DNA from: Candidatus Latescibacterota bacterium
GTDB lineage: Bacteria > Latescibacterota > UBA2968 > GCA-2709665
Assembly: GCA_965226795.1 (NCBI GenBank)
Contig: CBDDDZ010000005.1
Span: 352,001 to 416,000, forward strand
DNA: 64,000 nucleotides
Reading direction: 5' to 3'
Numbering within the stretch: the stretch's first letter is position 1; each line of letters starts with the position of its first letter. The position numbers were made by a program, and so were the translations under genes. This document shows, in pieces, positions 54,585 to 64,000 of this stretch. The notes beneath the pieces are model-generated. The model saw only the letters and a program-made list of their open reading frames with translations. It did no database searches and was not told the origin of the DNA.

Positions 54585-55454
54585 ATGCTGATCGACGCCC
54601 ACAACCACCCGAATTGGCACGGTTACGATGCAAAGAGAATTCTGAACAATATGGATGAGCAGGGCATCGACAGGATGTGGTTGTTTACCTGGGAGGTGCC
54701 GGAAAACGAATATGATCCGTCCTATCACAAAGTCCTGCCTCCCGGCGGGATGGGCATTCCACTGGAAGACGTGCTGCAGGTGGGAAGGGAGGCGCGCGAC
54801 CGCTTCGTGCTGGGCTATTTTCCGCACCCCAAAAGGCCCGACGCGGCGGACCGCCTGCGGGCGGCTCATGAAATACATGGTATCCAGGTTGCCAGTGAGA
54901 TGAAGGTACGCGTATTGTTCGACGATCCGGATGCGATTCAACTCTATAACGCATGCGCGGAAATGAAACTACCCATTACGATCCACCTCGACTATCCCAT
55001 CAATCACAGCCGGGGGAACTATCCCCGACCGAACTACTGGTACGGCGGGAGTATCGAGGCGTTCGAACGGGCGATCGCGGCCTGCCCCGAAACGACGTTC
55101 ATCGGCCATGCGCCGGGGTTCTGGGCTCATATTTCGGGAGACGATCTCTACGACAAAGAGTCATATCCTCGGGCGCCGGTACTTCCGGGGGGAAAATTGT
55201 GGGATTTGATGCGCCAGTACGGCAATCTATGGGCGGATCTCTCGGCGGGTTCGGCGCTGAATGCCCTAAAGCGGGACCCTGAGGCCGGAAAGAAATTCCT
55301 TGTCGAGTTTCAGGATAAACTGCTGTGGGGGCGAGACTATTTCGACACGGCGCTGATGGATTTCTTCCGGGGCCTTTCGTTGCCCCAGGGCGCGTATGAG
55401 AAGATTACGTATCAGAACGCGCTGCGAATTCTGGGTGAGTCCGTGCCGGGTTAG
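54585..55454 (+). CDS. Amidohydrolase_2-family metal-dependent hydrolase
   Basis: IDAHNH, IHLD, FIGH, DLSAGS, WGRD, NALR. Confidence 0.88.
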   Translation: MLIDAHNHPNWHGYDAKRILNNMDEQGIDRMWLFTWEVPENEYDPSYHKVLPPGGMGIPLEDVLQVGREARDRFVLGYFPHPKRPDAADRLRAAHEIHGIQVASEMKVRVLFDDPDAIQLYNACAEMKLPITIHLDYPINHSRGNYPRPNYWYGGSIEAFERAIAACPETTFIGHAPGFWAHISGDDLYDKESYPRAPVLPGGKLWDLMRQYGNLWADLSAGSALNALKRDPEAGKKFLVEFQDKLLWGRDYFDTALMDFFRGLSLPQGAYEKITYQNALRILGESVPG

Positions 55455-55479
55455 GTGGCATGCACACGTAATCACAAGC

Positions 55480-55511
55480 GCCTCCGGACGATCGCATCCG
55501 GAGGCTTTTTT
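55480..55511 (+). terminator. Intrinsic terminator
   Basis: GCCTCCGGA-loop-TCCGGAGGC-TTTTTT. Confidence 0.75.
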
Positions 55512-55540
55512 GAATTGGGGCGTTCGCAACCTGAACGTCC

Positions 55541-56659
55541 CTATTTTTTCACGAATTCCGAGAGTTTCCTGGCATACGCAACGTTGCCATACTCCTTGAG
55601 GATGCGGTCCTGCGCGCGCGCCGCGGCATGTTTCCGCCGGGTGTCGTGGGAAAGCCACCATCGCGCCTTGTCCCTGAGTTCCTCCAGGTTGGTCCACGTG
55701 TCGATCTCCGTTCCGATGTCGAAGATTTCTTCTATACCGGCGACATAGTCCGTGAGCATAAATCCGCCGCTGCCGGTGATTGCGGTGTCCCGCTGATTCA
55801 GATAACCGTACGCATCGGGAGAATTGTGCTGGTTGATATTGATCCCGGAGGCCCTGTATACCCCTGGAAGTTCCATGTAGCTCCGGAAGCCGCGATAGGA
55901 AGACCGGGGCAGGCCCCGGAACGTGCCGAATCCCAGGCCGCCGTAGACGTGGACCCTTCCAATGTCCGTGAGTGCGGCGACCACTTCCTGCCTCAGTGCG
56001 CGCTGGCGGGGGAAGGGGATTGTGTGGGTGATTCGTTTGACCAGGTCTTCCGATTCCAGGTATTCCTCCTGGCTGCCGCCTTCCTTGGTGTAGAGAGACA
56101 TGATGGTGATGGAGAAGTCACACTGCTCGTGCCGTGCCGGTCTTGCGAAACGATGCAGCTCCGTCGACGGAGGTGGATAGAGCACGATGGCACGGATGCC
56201 CCGACTGGCGTAGACGTCGACGCTTTCCTTGCAACAGGTGGCCGCGAATTCGAATTCCTGAGTGAAATGTGGGCTTCGGAGCATGTCCCACGGATCGTCC
56301 TGGGTGTGTGTGACGGTTTTGCACCAGGGGAACCTTTCTCGCAGTTCCGCTATGAGCCCGGGCGGGCGGTCGTCTTTGCTGAACCACCAGATGAACAGTT
56401 CCGGTTCGTGTTCCATGATGATTTTAAACAGACCCTCCCGGAAAGCGCCGATATCCTTGTATTTCAGATCCCACGTTTCGTGCGGAGGGATGATGTCGGC
56501 CTCCTCCTTTGCGAGCGCGATATCCGCCTCGAGATGGGCTTCAATGCACCCGCGCGTGGGCTGATAGAGGACGTCGTAGCCGATGCTTTTGAATCCCTGC
56601 TGAATGCTCCAGAGGGATTGGCCGGGTTGGAACCCTCCCAACAAGAGGACCCTTGGCAT
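55541..56659 (-). CDS. CgeB-like glycosyltransferase (GT-B)
   Basis: QDDP, YRASGININ, NQR, GGFMLTD, EEIFDIGTEI. Confidence 0.75.
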   Translation of the reverse strand: MPRVLLLGGFQPGQSLWSIQQGFKSIGYDVLYQPTRGCIEAHLEADIALAKEEADIIPPHETWDLKYKDIGAFREGLFKIIMEHEPELFIWWFSKDDRPPGLIAELRERFPWCKTVTHTQDDPWDMLRSPHFTQEFEFAATCCKESVDVYASRGIRAIVLYPPPSTELHRFARPARHEQCDFSITIMSLYTKEGGSQEEYLESEDLVKRITHTIPFPRQRALRQEVVAALTDIGRVHVYGGLGFGTFRGLPRSSYRGFRSYMELPGVYRASGININQHNSPDAYGYLNQRDTAITGSGGFMLTDYVAGIEEIFDIGTEIDTWTNLEELRDKARWWLSHDTRRKHAAARAQDRILKEYGNVAYARKLSEFVKK

Positions 56660-56885
56660 TGACGATTCCTTTCGGTTCAGCCATTGCGTCTGTGTGAGGT
56701 AATTCTACCGCAAGAGGTTAGAGGCAAGAAGCAAGAGGCAAGAAGGGAGAGGAGCTGGTAACTTTGTCGTATGACATCCTCGGAACCGGACTGTCGCTAA
56801 CGGGAAAACAGAAGTGCATCACGAAAGAGGGCGCGAAACCGGTGGGTGGTGGAGCGGTCGTCTCACTTCTCGCGGTTTTTCAGGT

Positions 56886-56913
56886 ACCCGCCGGAGGCAG
56901 GGAATTCGGGGGA
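56886..56913. repeat. Dispersed repeat ACCCGCCGGAGGCAGGGAATT.GGGG
   Basis: Second copy at 60811-60840. Confidence 0.7.
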
Positions 56914-57209
56914 GCAGTGGATGTTGAATTTGCTTTTCGCCTTTCCTTTCGCCCCCGCGCCAATGCCAGGAAACCGGATCCCTCCTCCGGGCGTATATAT
57001 GTACAGGGGCGGCCCCCGCCGATTCTGTCCATGATCCCGGGCGGTCCGGCGTCGGGCGATGGCAAAAAGATAGGTGAATCGAGGTTCTTGCGAAAGACGA
57101 AAGCAGCCCGGTCTTCTCGCCTCGCTTTTTGGGTTGCCCGCGCCTGATTTTCGTCCTTATTTGGAAGCGCAGGCCTTCGCAAGTGGCAACGTCGAACGGA
57201 GGTGTTACG

Positions 57210-58070
57210 TTGACTACGGACACGAATCTGGCCGTGCCCCGGTCTTCAATACGTTCCTGGTGGTCAACCGCCGGTCATCAATTCCTGCCGCCGGCGCTCA
57301 TCACGTGCATTCTGATTGGCAGTCAGATTACATTTGGAATCCTTGAGGGTCTGACAAAAACGGCGTTGGCCATCGCGGTTGCAGTTGGCGCGGAGGCGGT
57401 GCTGGGATGGTTGCATGGGAGCCGCAAGCCGAATTTCGTGAGCGGATACATTACCGGAATCAGCGTGGGGATTCTCATCCGGTCGCTCTGGCTCTGGCCC
57501 TATGTGCTTTGCAGCGCGGTGTCAATTCTGTCCAAGTACGTGATCCGTTGGCGCGGGCGGCATCTCTGGAATCCCTCCAATCTGGGTGTGAGCGCGATGT
57601 TCTTCCTGGCGCCTGAGATGGCGGCGGGGCTGAGCATTCAGTGGGGCAACGCCGTCTGGGTCATGCTCATGATCTGGGTCTTTGGCTGGATGGCGGTCTG
57701 GCGAGTGAAGCGGCTGCATATCTGCTTGACCTACGTGGTAACCTTCCTGGCGCTCGGGTTTGCTCGAAGTCTTGTGACGGGGCAGGCGTATCTGGCGGGC
57801 ATCGCGCCTATTACGGGGCCGATGTACCAACTGTTTATTTTTTTTATGATTACGGATCCAAAGACTACGGTGAAAACAAGGCGGGGACAGTGCTGGGTAG
57901 CGTTTTCCGTGGCTTCGGTGGAGGCAGTATTACGACTGTATGAACAGGTTTATGCCCCGTTCTATGCGTTATTCCTCGTGGGGCCCTTCGCGACAGCCGC
58001 GGAAATCTGGTTTGAGACGCGAGGTGCCGTATCTAAAGATGGTCGAACCCGTGGTGTAATCGGCGGTTGA
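57210..58070 (+). CDS. Stand-alone RnfD/NqrB-like (UnbU-like) membrane protein
   Basis: SGYITGISVGIL, SKYVIR..GRHLWNPSN, FIFFMITDPKT; lacks the FMN-binding SGAT segment. Confidence 0.75.
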   Translation: MTTDTNLAVPRSSIRSWWSTAGHQFLPPALITCILIGSQITFGILEGLTKTALAIAVAVGAEAVLGWLHGSRKPNFVSGYITGISVGILIRSLWLWPYVLCSAVSILSKYVIRWRGRHLWNPSNLGVSAMFFLAPEMAAGLSIQWGNAVWVMLMIWVFGWMAVWRVKRLHICLTYVVTFLALGFARSLVTGQAYLAGIAPITGPMYQLFIFFMITDPKTTVKTRRGQCWVAFSVASVEAVLRLYEQVYAPFYALFLVGPFATAAEIWFETRGAVSKDGRTRGVIGG

Positions 58071-58098
58071 CGGTGCAACCATACGCAAGGAGGTGGCA

Positions 58099-58410
58099 AT
58101 GAAAACTGAAATTACGGGGAAACACTTCGAGCTGTCGGTCCGCTTGCGTGAGTATATCGAAAAAGAAACAGAAAGGCTGAACCAGTATTATGAACCGATT
58201 CTGGACACGCGAATAACGCTGGAGCGGGAGAATCGGATGTACAGAGTCGAGATTGTGGTGCACATTCATAACCACATATTGAAAGCCACAGACGAACAGG
58301 ATGTCGTTCACTACGCGCTGGGCGGCGCGATCGACAAAATGGTCCGACAGCTCAAGCGGGTTAAGGAAAGACAACGCAGGCCGCGGGTCCCCGTCGCAGC
58401 ACGGGACTGA
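58099..58410 (+). CDS. hpf: Ribosome hibernation promoting factor (short HPF/RaiA)
   Basis: ITGKHFELS..LREYI, AIDKMVRQL.R.KE; AGGAGG RBS. Confidence 0.92.
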   Translation: MKTEITGKHFELSVRLREYIEKETERLNQYYEPILDTRITLERENRMYRVEIVVHIHNHILKATDEQDVVHYALGGAIDKMVRQLKRVKERQRRPRVPVAARD

Positions 58411-58428
58411 GCGCCGGCAGTTATATCG

Positions 58429-58468
58429 AAACGCTCCCTGAACGGTTGCCGCCGAAGGGAGCGTTTTT
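58429..58468 (+). terminator. Terminator between hpf and the convergent NnrS gene
   Basis: AAACGCTCCCT...AGGGAGCGTTTTT. Confidence 0.65.
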
Positions 58469-58481
58469 GTCTTTGTGCCAA

Positions 58482-59909
58482 TCAGGGCGCGTCGGCATTG
58501 GCGGCAGGGCTGCGCCAGGTCACCCATAGGTTGCAGGCCAGCACCGCCGCCGCCAGCCACCCGAGGACGCCGGAGAGACCGAATGCTGTCATCGATGCCG
58601 GCAGACCGTAAGGAACACGGTCCAGAATCTCTGCCAGGAGCAGCGGAGCGATGCGGCAGATCGCGGCGGCCGTCGCCAGGTAGAAGGTTGCAACCACCAG
58701 TCCAGGAAAGGCCACTTTGCGTTTGTGGAGGAAACCGGGCACCATTCGAGGCGCCATGCCCAGCAGAAGGAGGGTGATAAATCCCGCGAGATGGGTGTGT
58801 CGCAAGGCATCCGGATCGAAGGGAGATTCGAACCGGAAAAGGACCAGGGCGCCGTCCAGCAGCTCAACCGCGGCGGCCAGCGCCAGGAAGACGAATGCGG
58901 CGTAAAGCAGCAGTTCGAACCGGCCGAACTCGCCGTAGTCCGGCAAGCCCGGGCGTGTCGGGCGTCTGTCGGGCCCGGGTTCGCCGATGCGATTCACGGT
59001 CCAGGGAGGATACCACCGAACGAGTATGTCCAGTTTCCAGATGAAGAGGAGGAGGGCGCCACCTCTGAGGACTTTTCCGATGGGCGACAGATGCGCAAGA
59101 GTTGACGCGAAGGACATCTCTGTGAGTTGCGCCAATACTGGCAGGTGGATCAGGATGAGCGCCAGGAGATAGACCTGCCCGAATCGAGCAACGGGCCAGC
59201 GGACGGCGGGCAGGCGCAGGTAGAGCGGAAACGTGCGAACGGAAAACGCCATCGCGGTCGGTAGAATGACAGAACCGGTGAAGAATTCAATGCCGAATCT
59301 GTTCCATGCGATGTGTAGAAGAGGGTTGTTTTCGATGCTCGCGTAAAAAGCGAGCGCGCCCGCGAGCAGTGCATACAATCCCCATCCCGCGATCGCAATT
59401 ACCAGGAAGATGCGCACCGTCTGCAGGGCGGGGCGATTCGGAGCTGCACCGCGTAAGGTGATGACCAGCACGGCAATGTAACAATAGACGCCAGTGGTTT
59501 CCAACAACGCGGAGAAACCCAGTGCCCATCTCAGTCCATTTTGAAACGGGCTATCGAATCCCGCCGCCAGCAGCGGCTGCGAGACCGCGCGCAGCAGGAT
59601 GCCGGTTGCAAGGAGGCAAAGAATCCACGCCGGAAGCCGGGGAAAGCGGAGCGGCGTACCTGCCAGACGAGGCAGGAAGTAGAGGTTGACTCCGATGATA
59701 AAGAGGCCAATCCAACCCAGGAGTTGGGCGTGGCCATGGGCCTGGAGCATGGCCACCCACCAATCGCCCATGGATAACTGAAAGCCGATCAGCACGGCCA
59801 GGATGGCCGCATAGCCGAATCCGACCGTCAGCGCGACAAAAAGCGACGCCAGCACAAAGCCGAAATGGAAATGGGTATGGTTGCGATTCTGGCTAACGGA
59901 CAAGGTCAT
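58482..59909 (-). CDS. NnrS-family membrane protein
   Basis: QAHGHAQLLGWIGLFIIGV, LPR, DALRHTHLAGF, RMVP; about 12 TMs; ATG after GAGGAG. Confidence 0.78.
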   Translation of the reverse strand: MTLSVSQNRNHTHFHFGFVLASLFVALTVGFGYAAILAVLIGFQLSMGDWWVAMLQAHGHAQLLGWIGLFIIGVNLYFLPRLAGTPLRFPRLPAWILCLLATGILLRAVSQPLLAAGFDSPFQNGLRWALGFSALLETTGVYCYIAVLVITLRGAAPNRPALQTVRIFLVIAIAGWGLYALLAGALAFYASIENNPLLHIAWNRFGIEFFTGSVILPTAMAFSVRTFPLYLRLPAVRWPVARFGQVYLLALILIHLPVLAQLTEMSFASTLAHLSPIGKVLRGGALLLFIWKLDILVRWYPPWTVNRIGEPGPDRRPTRPGLPDYGEFGRFELLLYAAFVFLALAAAVELLDGALVLFRFESPFDPDALRHTHLAGFITLLLLGMAPRMVPGFLHKRKVAFPGLVVATFYLATAAAICRIAPLLLAEILDRVPYGLPASMTAFGLSGVLGWLAAAVLACNLWVTWRSPAANADAP

Positions 59910-60149
59910 CTCCTCGAATTGGTCCGGATGACAATTCGAAATCGTAACGAATGTGGAGAGATAAATCGGTAGACCGATTTCACTGGCAGGAACGTGGAGT
60001 CGAACTCCCTTGTCCTTGCCGACGCGACAATCGTGTGTTCTCGATCGATCGAGTATTCGATAAATAAACCCGTTCTTCGGATTCGGCAACCTCTTTCGCA
60101 CGATCGTTCGATCATGTCGATCGATCGCCGTCCCACCCTCGATTTTTTT

Positions 60150-60916
60150 ATTCTTCGTCCTTTTTCTTGTACGCCCAAGAAAAAGGACCAAAAAGAACGG
60201 CGCCTGCCTGCCGAGCACGGCTCGGCGCAGGCAGGCCGCTCGGCGCGGGGCCGGTTTTTCCACGAATCTCGTCTGTGGCGTAGACTAGCGATTGTGCCCT
60301 ATGTACGCATGCCGACGCCCGTAGCTTCGGTGCTGAACGGAATAGCGTGGAAAACCCCCCCACTCCACCACCGGGCGTACGGGAGGGAAAACGAGGGAAC
60401 GCAAATCCGTCCACCCGGATTGGGCGGGCGACGTATGCCACGCGAGGACGCAAACCCTCCCGCGCCGCGTTTTTGTTCGTAGGGGCAACCCTTGTAGTCG
60501 CCCTCTCAAAGGCGCAGATATCGACCATTGATATCGCCAGGCCATATCGCTATCCGGTTCAAGCTGACTGCCTAAGGCTGACCGCCAATTACTGTTCGCG
60601 TTCAGGTAGCCACACTGTTGTCTAACGCAATGCCTATCGAGAGCGCCACCAGAGCAGAGCGCGTGGTTCCGTCCAGCGCCGGGGATCGGTTTTCTTTAAG
60701 AGCTCGTAGGGCAGCGGCTGAAGTGCGACTCGTGCGGCAATTCGCGCTATGCATATGGCAGGCCCCGCGCCAGCGGCGACTTTTGGTTCCTTTTGGTCGC
60801 TTCAAAAGGAACCCGCCGGAGGCAGGGAATTTGGGGAGAGGTTACGAATTTGGACCGAGTGCTGGACGAATTCCGTGAATGGACGCAGGTAGGGGCGGTT
60901 CGCGAACCGCCCCTAC
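60150..60916. repeat. Composite block of palindromic repeats (MITE/REP-like)
   Basis: GTCCTTTTTCTTG..CAAGAAAAAGGAC hairpin (about 60157-60188), CCTGCCTGCC repeat, two GTAG REPs, GTTCCTTTTG..CAAAAGGAAC hairpin (about 60786-60812) and a copy of the 56886 repeat; no convincing ORF. Confidence 0.7.
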
Positions 60917-60961
60917 AAAGACACTGTCGGTGTAAACATCCTTTTCCATCTGGATTCTATT

Positions 60962-62779
60962 ATGAAATCTGAAAATGTGGTTTCCATTGCCGTCCTGCTC
61001 CTGCTGAATCTCGTCGGATGTACGCCCGAGGAGACGGTGACCGTGTCTGGCGCGGTGAGCCGGCCTGGAGACGTGGCGTTTCGCCCTGGATGGGGTGTGC
61101 ACAACTATGTAACGGCCGCCGGAGGATATCTGGCCGAGGCGGATACGGGCCGCGTCGCTCTGGTTCGGGAGATGGCGGATAGCGTCCTTGTCGGGCAACG
61201 GGGAAGTTTCCGCAGATGGATGATTGAGGACGTGTCTGCCGTGATGGCAGGCGACATGATCAGTGTCCCGCTGAAGGCATATCGGGTCCGGTTCGATACG
61301 GTGCTGGCGGTGAGGAATCTGGAACAGAATTGGAAGGACCACATCTACCGTATGGAGCGTGGAAAGGTTGCGCTGGGCACGACACTGCGGGGGGTCGTGG
61401 CGGCGGTGTTCTTCGGGAATGGCGAGGTAATCAAGCAGACTTCCGGTACAGCAGCCGGCCCGTTTCAATACCTCTATCTCACAATGCATCCGGACAGATC
61501 CGGCGTCCTGCTTCCGGCGCTCAGAGAGCCGGTCTCGGATCTGGAGGCGCAGGAGGACGCGGCATGTCCTTTATCCGGATGGCAGGGTGGAGATCGAGGT
61601 GCAGGGCGGCGTGCGGGAGACGCGGTATCCCGATGGAAGTGTCTTCGCATTAACGCACGAGGGGCACCGGATCACGGTCTTCAAGGACGGCCGGCAGTTT
61701 ACGAAAATGAACGATGGTACCACGATTGAACAGTATCCGGATGGGCGAAAGATCCAGAAACATCCTTCCGGCGAGACGCTGGAGGTTTTCGCGGATCGAT
61801 CCAGGCGCATTGTGTATCCGGACGGCTCGGAAACGGTACGCCGCCCTGATGGCGTGCGCGTCGCAAGGCTCGCGGATGGGACCGTGATTGAGGAGTTCCC
61901 GGACGGCAGGATTGTGTACAGACCGATACGTCGGGAGTGCGGCTTGAGGTCCTTTCTCCTGATCGATATGTAATTACGGACGGGGATGGCAACCGCGTTG
62001 AGGCGCGTCCCGATGGAACATCTCAATGGTAATTGGCAGAACCCTATCGGTACCGCGGTTCGATACGGCCCGACCTGATCCGGCTGGAGCGCGCGCCGGA
62101 ACGCATCTCTCCGGGTATGGTTGCGTTCGTCCGGGGATCGGTGGAGGATGCCGTGAAGAAGATGTCGATGTCGGTGTTCGCGCTTCCGGACGGGGACGTC
62201 CAGGATATGGAGATCCTGCTTGACGCGGGGCAATTCGAGGGGACGTTGCAAGTAGGGGAGCCCGGGTATTATCGGTTGCAGATCCAGTGCGAGATGGAAA
62301 ACGGCGATGCTTTAGTGGCGGAAGATCGCATGTTGAAAGTTGGCAACCCGAAGCCTCTCGAGGCGCCTGTAATCGAGGTCGCGCCCTTTCCCGGCGACGC
62401 GGCCGCGGGCCGGCGCCTGATGGAGTCGGTGAACCATGTGCGCGGCAGGAAGAGCCGCATGTTGTTGGAGTGGGACGACGACCTGGTCTACGCGGCCGCG
62501 TCACATTTGCAGAACATGCTGGCGTACGGTTCGGTTTCGCACTGGTCGCCTATGTATGGAGACCTGGTAAATCGTTTGGAACGGCTGGGCATTTCGTTTG
62601 AGGTCGCGCTGGAGAACCTGGCGATGGCGCCCTCGCCGGAGGAAGCGCACTGGCACCTGATGTTGAGCGCCGAACACAGGCGCAATATTCTTGACGAGCG
62701 CTTAACCCATATCGGCGTCGCAGTGGCGAGCGAGCGGGGCCAGGTGTGGGTGGTGGAAATCTTCAAGCGGAGAGAATAG
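60962..62779 (+). pseudogene. Disrupted lipoprotein: SLBB domain, YPDG beta-hairpin repeats, CAP/SCP domain
   Basis: Lipobox LVGC, VSGAVSRPG..AAGG (SLBB); frameshifts near 61560 and 61915; in-frame TAA at 62030-62032; then HLQNM..SH..ENLA..LSAEHRRNIL..HIGVAV (CAP). Confidence 0.7.
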
Positions 62780-62789
62780 GCGGAACCAC

Positions 62790-63226
62790 GTGCGGAAACC
62801 TGCTCATTGTTGAAGGTGTACCCTGAAGACAAGGACGCATTGCTGTTCGTCGGGTTGGGCTAACACGTCAGCGGATATCTGGATAATGCATGACATTTTT
62901 ACGTCCGGGCGCTGGCGGAGACCGCAGGAAAAGTGCGTTTGCGGGTCTGAGCGGTCCGGGAAGACGGTCCTGCCGAATATCATGTCAGATACATTCCCTC
63001 GGTGAGAAATAGAGTTTCATGGTCGATCCGAAATTTCGACAGGAATACGGGCGAAACAGCGGTGACCGTGCAGTACGAAGGAGACCGGACCGATGATTTC
63101 ACCTATCTTCAAATCGATCTGTAAAGGGTACCCGTGGGCATCCACGAACTGACGGTGAAGATGCAGGATCTGAACAGTGATGGAAAGGGCAACGAACGGC
63201 GCGTGTTGTTCCGCGTGATCGAATGA
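62790..63226 (+). pseudogene. Remnant of a TPR-containing exported protein (TPR plus C-terminal Ig-like segment)
   Basis: LLKVYPEDKDALLFVGLG*HVSGYLDNA*HFYVRALA (stops at 62861 and 62891), then ...GETAVTVQYEGDRTDDFTYLQIDL*RVPVGIHELTVKMQDLN...VLFRVIE*. Confidence 0.6.
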
Positions 63227-63370
63227 AGCCGGGAGCACGGCGGGCTATTTCGGAGCATGCATGGTCACAATAGATGCTTCGAGGTGCGTGTGAGGCAAAC
63301 GCGAAGAAATGAAGGGAAGTTGAACGGATAACACGGGCGTGTGCAGACGGGTTTTGTGACATTGCAGGTA

Positions 63371-63410
63371 AGGGTCCGGAAAGAACATCTTCCGGGCCTT
63401 TCTTTCTTTT
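63371..63410 (+). terminator. Intrinsic terminator
   Basis: AGGGTCCGGAA...TTCCGGGCCT followed by TTCTTTCTTTT. Confidence 0.55.
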
Positions 63411-63605
63411 ACTGAACCGGTTCCGTCTGTTTGGTGTCTTTAGGCGTGGAAGGGCGTCGGGGATGCTCACATGAGTAAGTCTGGATGAACGACTCCATGC
63501 CCGGTTGCTCCGATATCCTTTGTCGCCAAGGAACATGAAGAATTATCGGTTCCGGGTCGCACGCTGCACCCAAAGGTCACCATTGCAAGCTCCGGAGGTT
63601 TCGAC

Positions 63606-64000
63606 ATGTCGGTCCTGCGAGGACAGGAAATACTACGATGCCGCACATGGTTGACTTTGTTAGTTCCGACCCTTTTGGGTCTTGCGTTCGCCTTCACAAC
63701 GGTACTGGCAGCCAGCAAACCGCAGCATGCGGAAAGTCTTTATCAAATTGCGTTGGCGCGCGTGGAGAGCATTTCTGTAAAGGAGAACCTCGAGGCCTTC
63801 GGTGACGTATTGAATGTGGATCGGAACCATGCACCGGCTCACTATGAGATGGCGAAGTTGTATATGTCGATGGATACGCCGTTGGGTCGCCAGAGCGCAC
63901 GCAAGGCGCTGGATGAGGCGATTCGGCTGGATCCCGGCAACGGGGATTATCAGCTGATGCTAGGGGAGATACTCGGCAAGCAGGGACTGTGGTTGAAGGC
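63606..64000 (+). CDS. Exported TPR-repeat protein, 5' part only
   Basis: ATG after GGAGGT; signal-like hydrophobic stretch, then DRNHAPAHYEMAKLY...ALDEAIRLDPGNGDYQLMLGEIL; open to the window end and not in the ORF track. Confidence 0.8.
   Translation, partial: MSVLRGQEILRCRTWLTLLVPTLLGLAFAFTTVLAASKPQHAESLYQIALARVESISVKENLEAFGDVLNVDRNHAPAHYEMAKLYMSMDTPLGRQSARKALDEAIRLDPGNGDYQLMLGEILGKQGLWLK

Noticed and set aside
57129..58070. Rnf/Nqr respiratory complex
   Set aside because: Single subunit-like gene without the FMN attachment motif or partner genes.
62861..62893. Stop-codon recoding (selenocysteine or alternative code) in the TPR remnant
   Set aside because: Mixed TAA and TGA stops plus deletions and nearby frameshifts indicate pseudogenisation; other genes use the standard code.

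Overview
GC-rich bacterial chromosome segment from a diderm. Its gene content (Gfo/Idh/MocA, PhyH, amidohydrolase and TPR expansions, bacterial XPB, lamin-tail/FlgD-type exported protein) suggests the FCB/Latescibacterota-Gemmatimonadota range, which is an inference. Layout: (1) 1-5.5 kb, a defence island beside tRNA-Ala(GGC), all on the minus strand. It holds type I R-M hsdM, a Schlafen/AlbA_2-ATPase-like protein with an apparent ATA start, a HicB-like antitoxin broken by a palindromic repeat, and an HsdS fused in frame to an N-terminal minimal nucleotidyltransferase (missed by the ORF track). hsdM and hsdS carry in-frame insertions of palindromic repeats that also occur intergenically. (2) 5.7-30.8 kb, housekeeping: ligA, DGGGP-synthase-like UbiA, XPB helicase, DAACS transporter, tsaD, vWA/GATase-like and lamin-tail proteins, ftsK, lolA, frameshifted prfB, lysS, lolD, clpC, bamA, skp, fabZ. 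The usual lolC/E, lpxD and lpxA neighbours are absent. (3) 30.9-56.7 kb, accessory catabolism: DMFase-beta-like protein plus SolA, two uxuA paralogues, oxidoreductases, heparinase II/III, an amidohydrolase-fold putative dinuclear oxygenase plus Rieske ferredoxin, and a Co-type nitrile hydratase cluster led by two PhyH-family Fe/2OG enzymes, one with a halogenase-type H-x-G motif. A B12 radical SAM and a CgeB-like glycosyltransferase follow. (4) 56.7-64 kb: RnfD/UnbU-like membrane protein, hpf, NnrS, a repeat-rich intergenic block, decaying exported-protein genes and the start of a TPR protein. Best novelty candidates are the HxG/HxD dioxygenase pair plus nitrile hydratase, the MNT-HsdS/Schlafen defence island with repeat-invaded genes, and the amidohydrolase-Rieske oxygenase module. 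All family calls come from motif recognition by eye; no database search was run.
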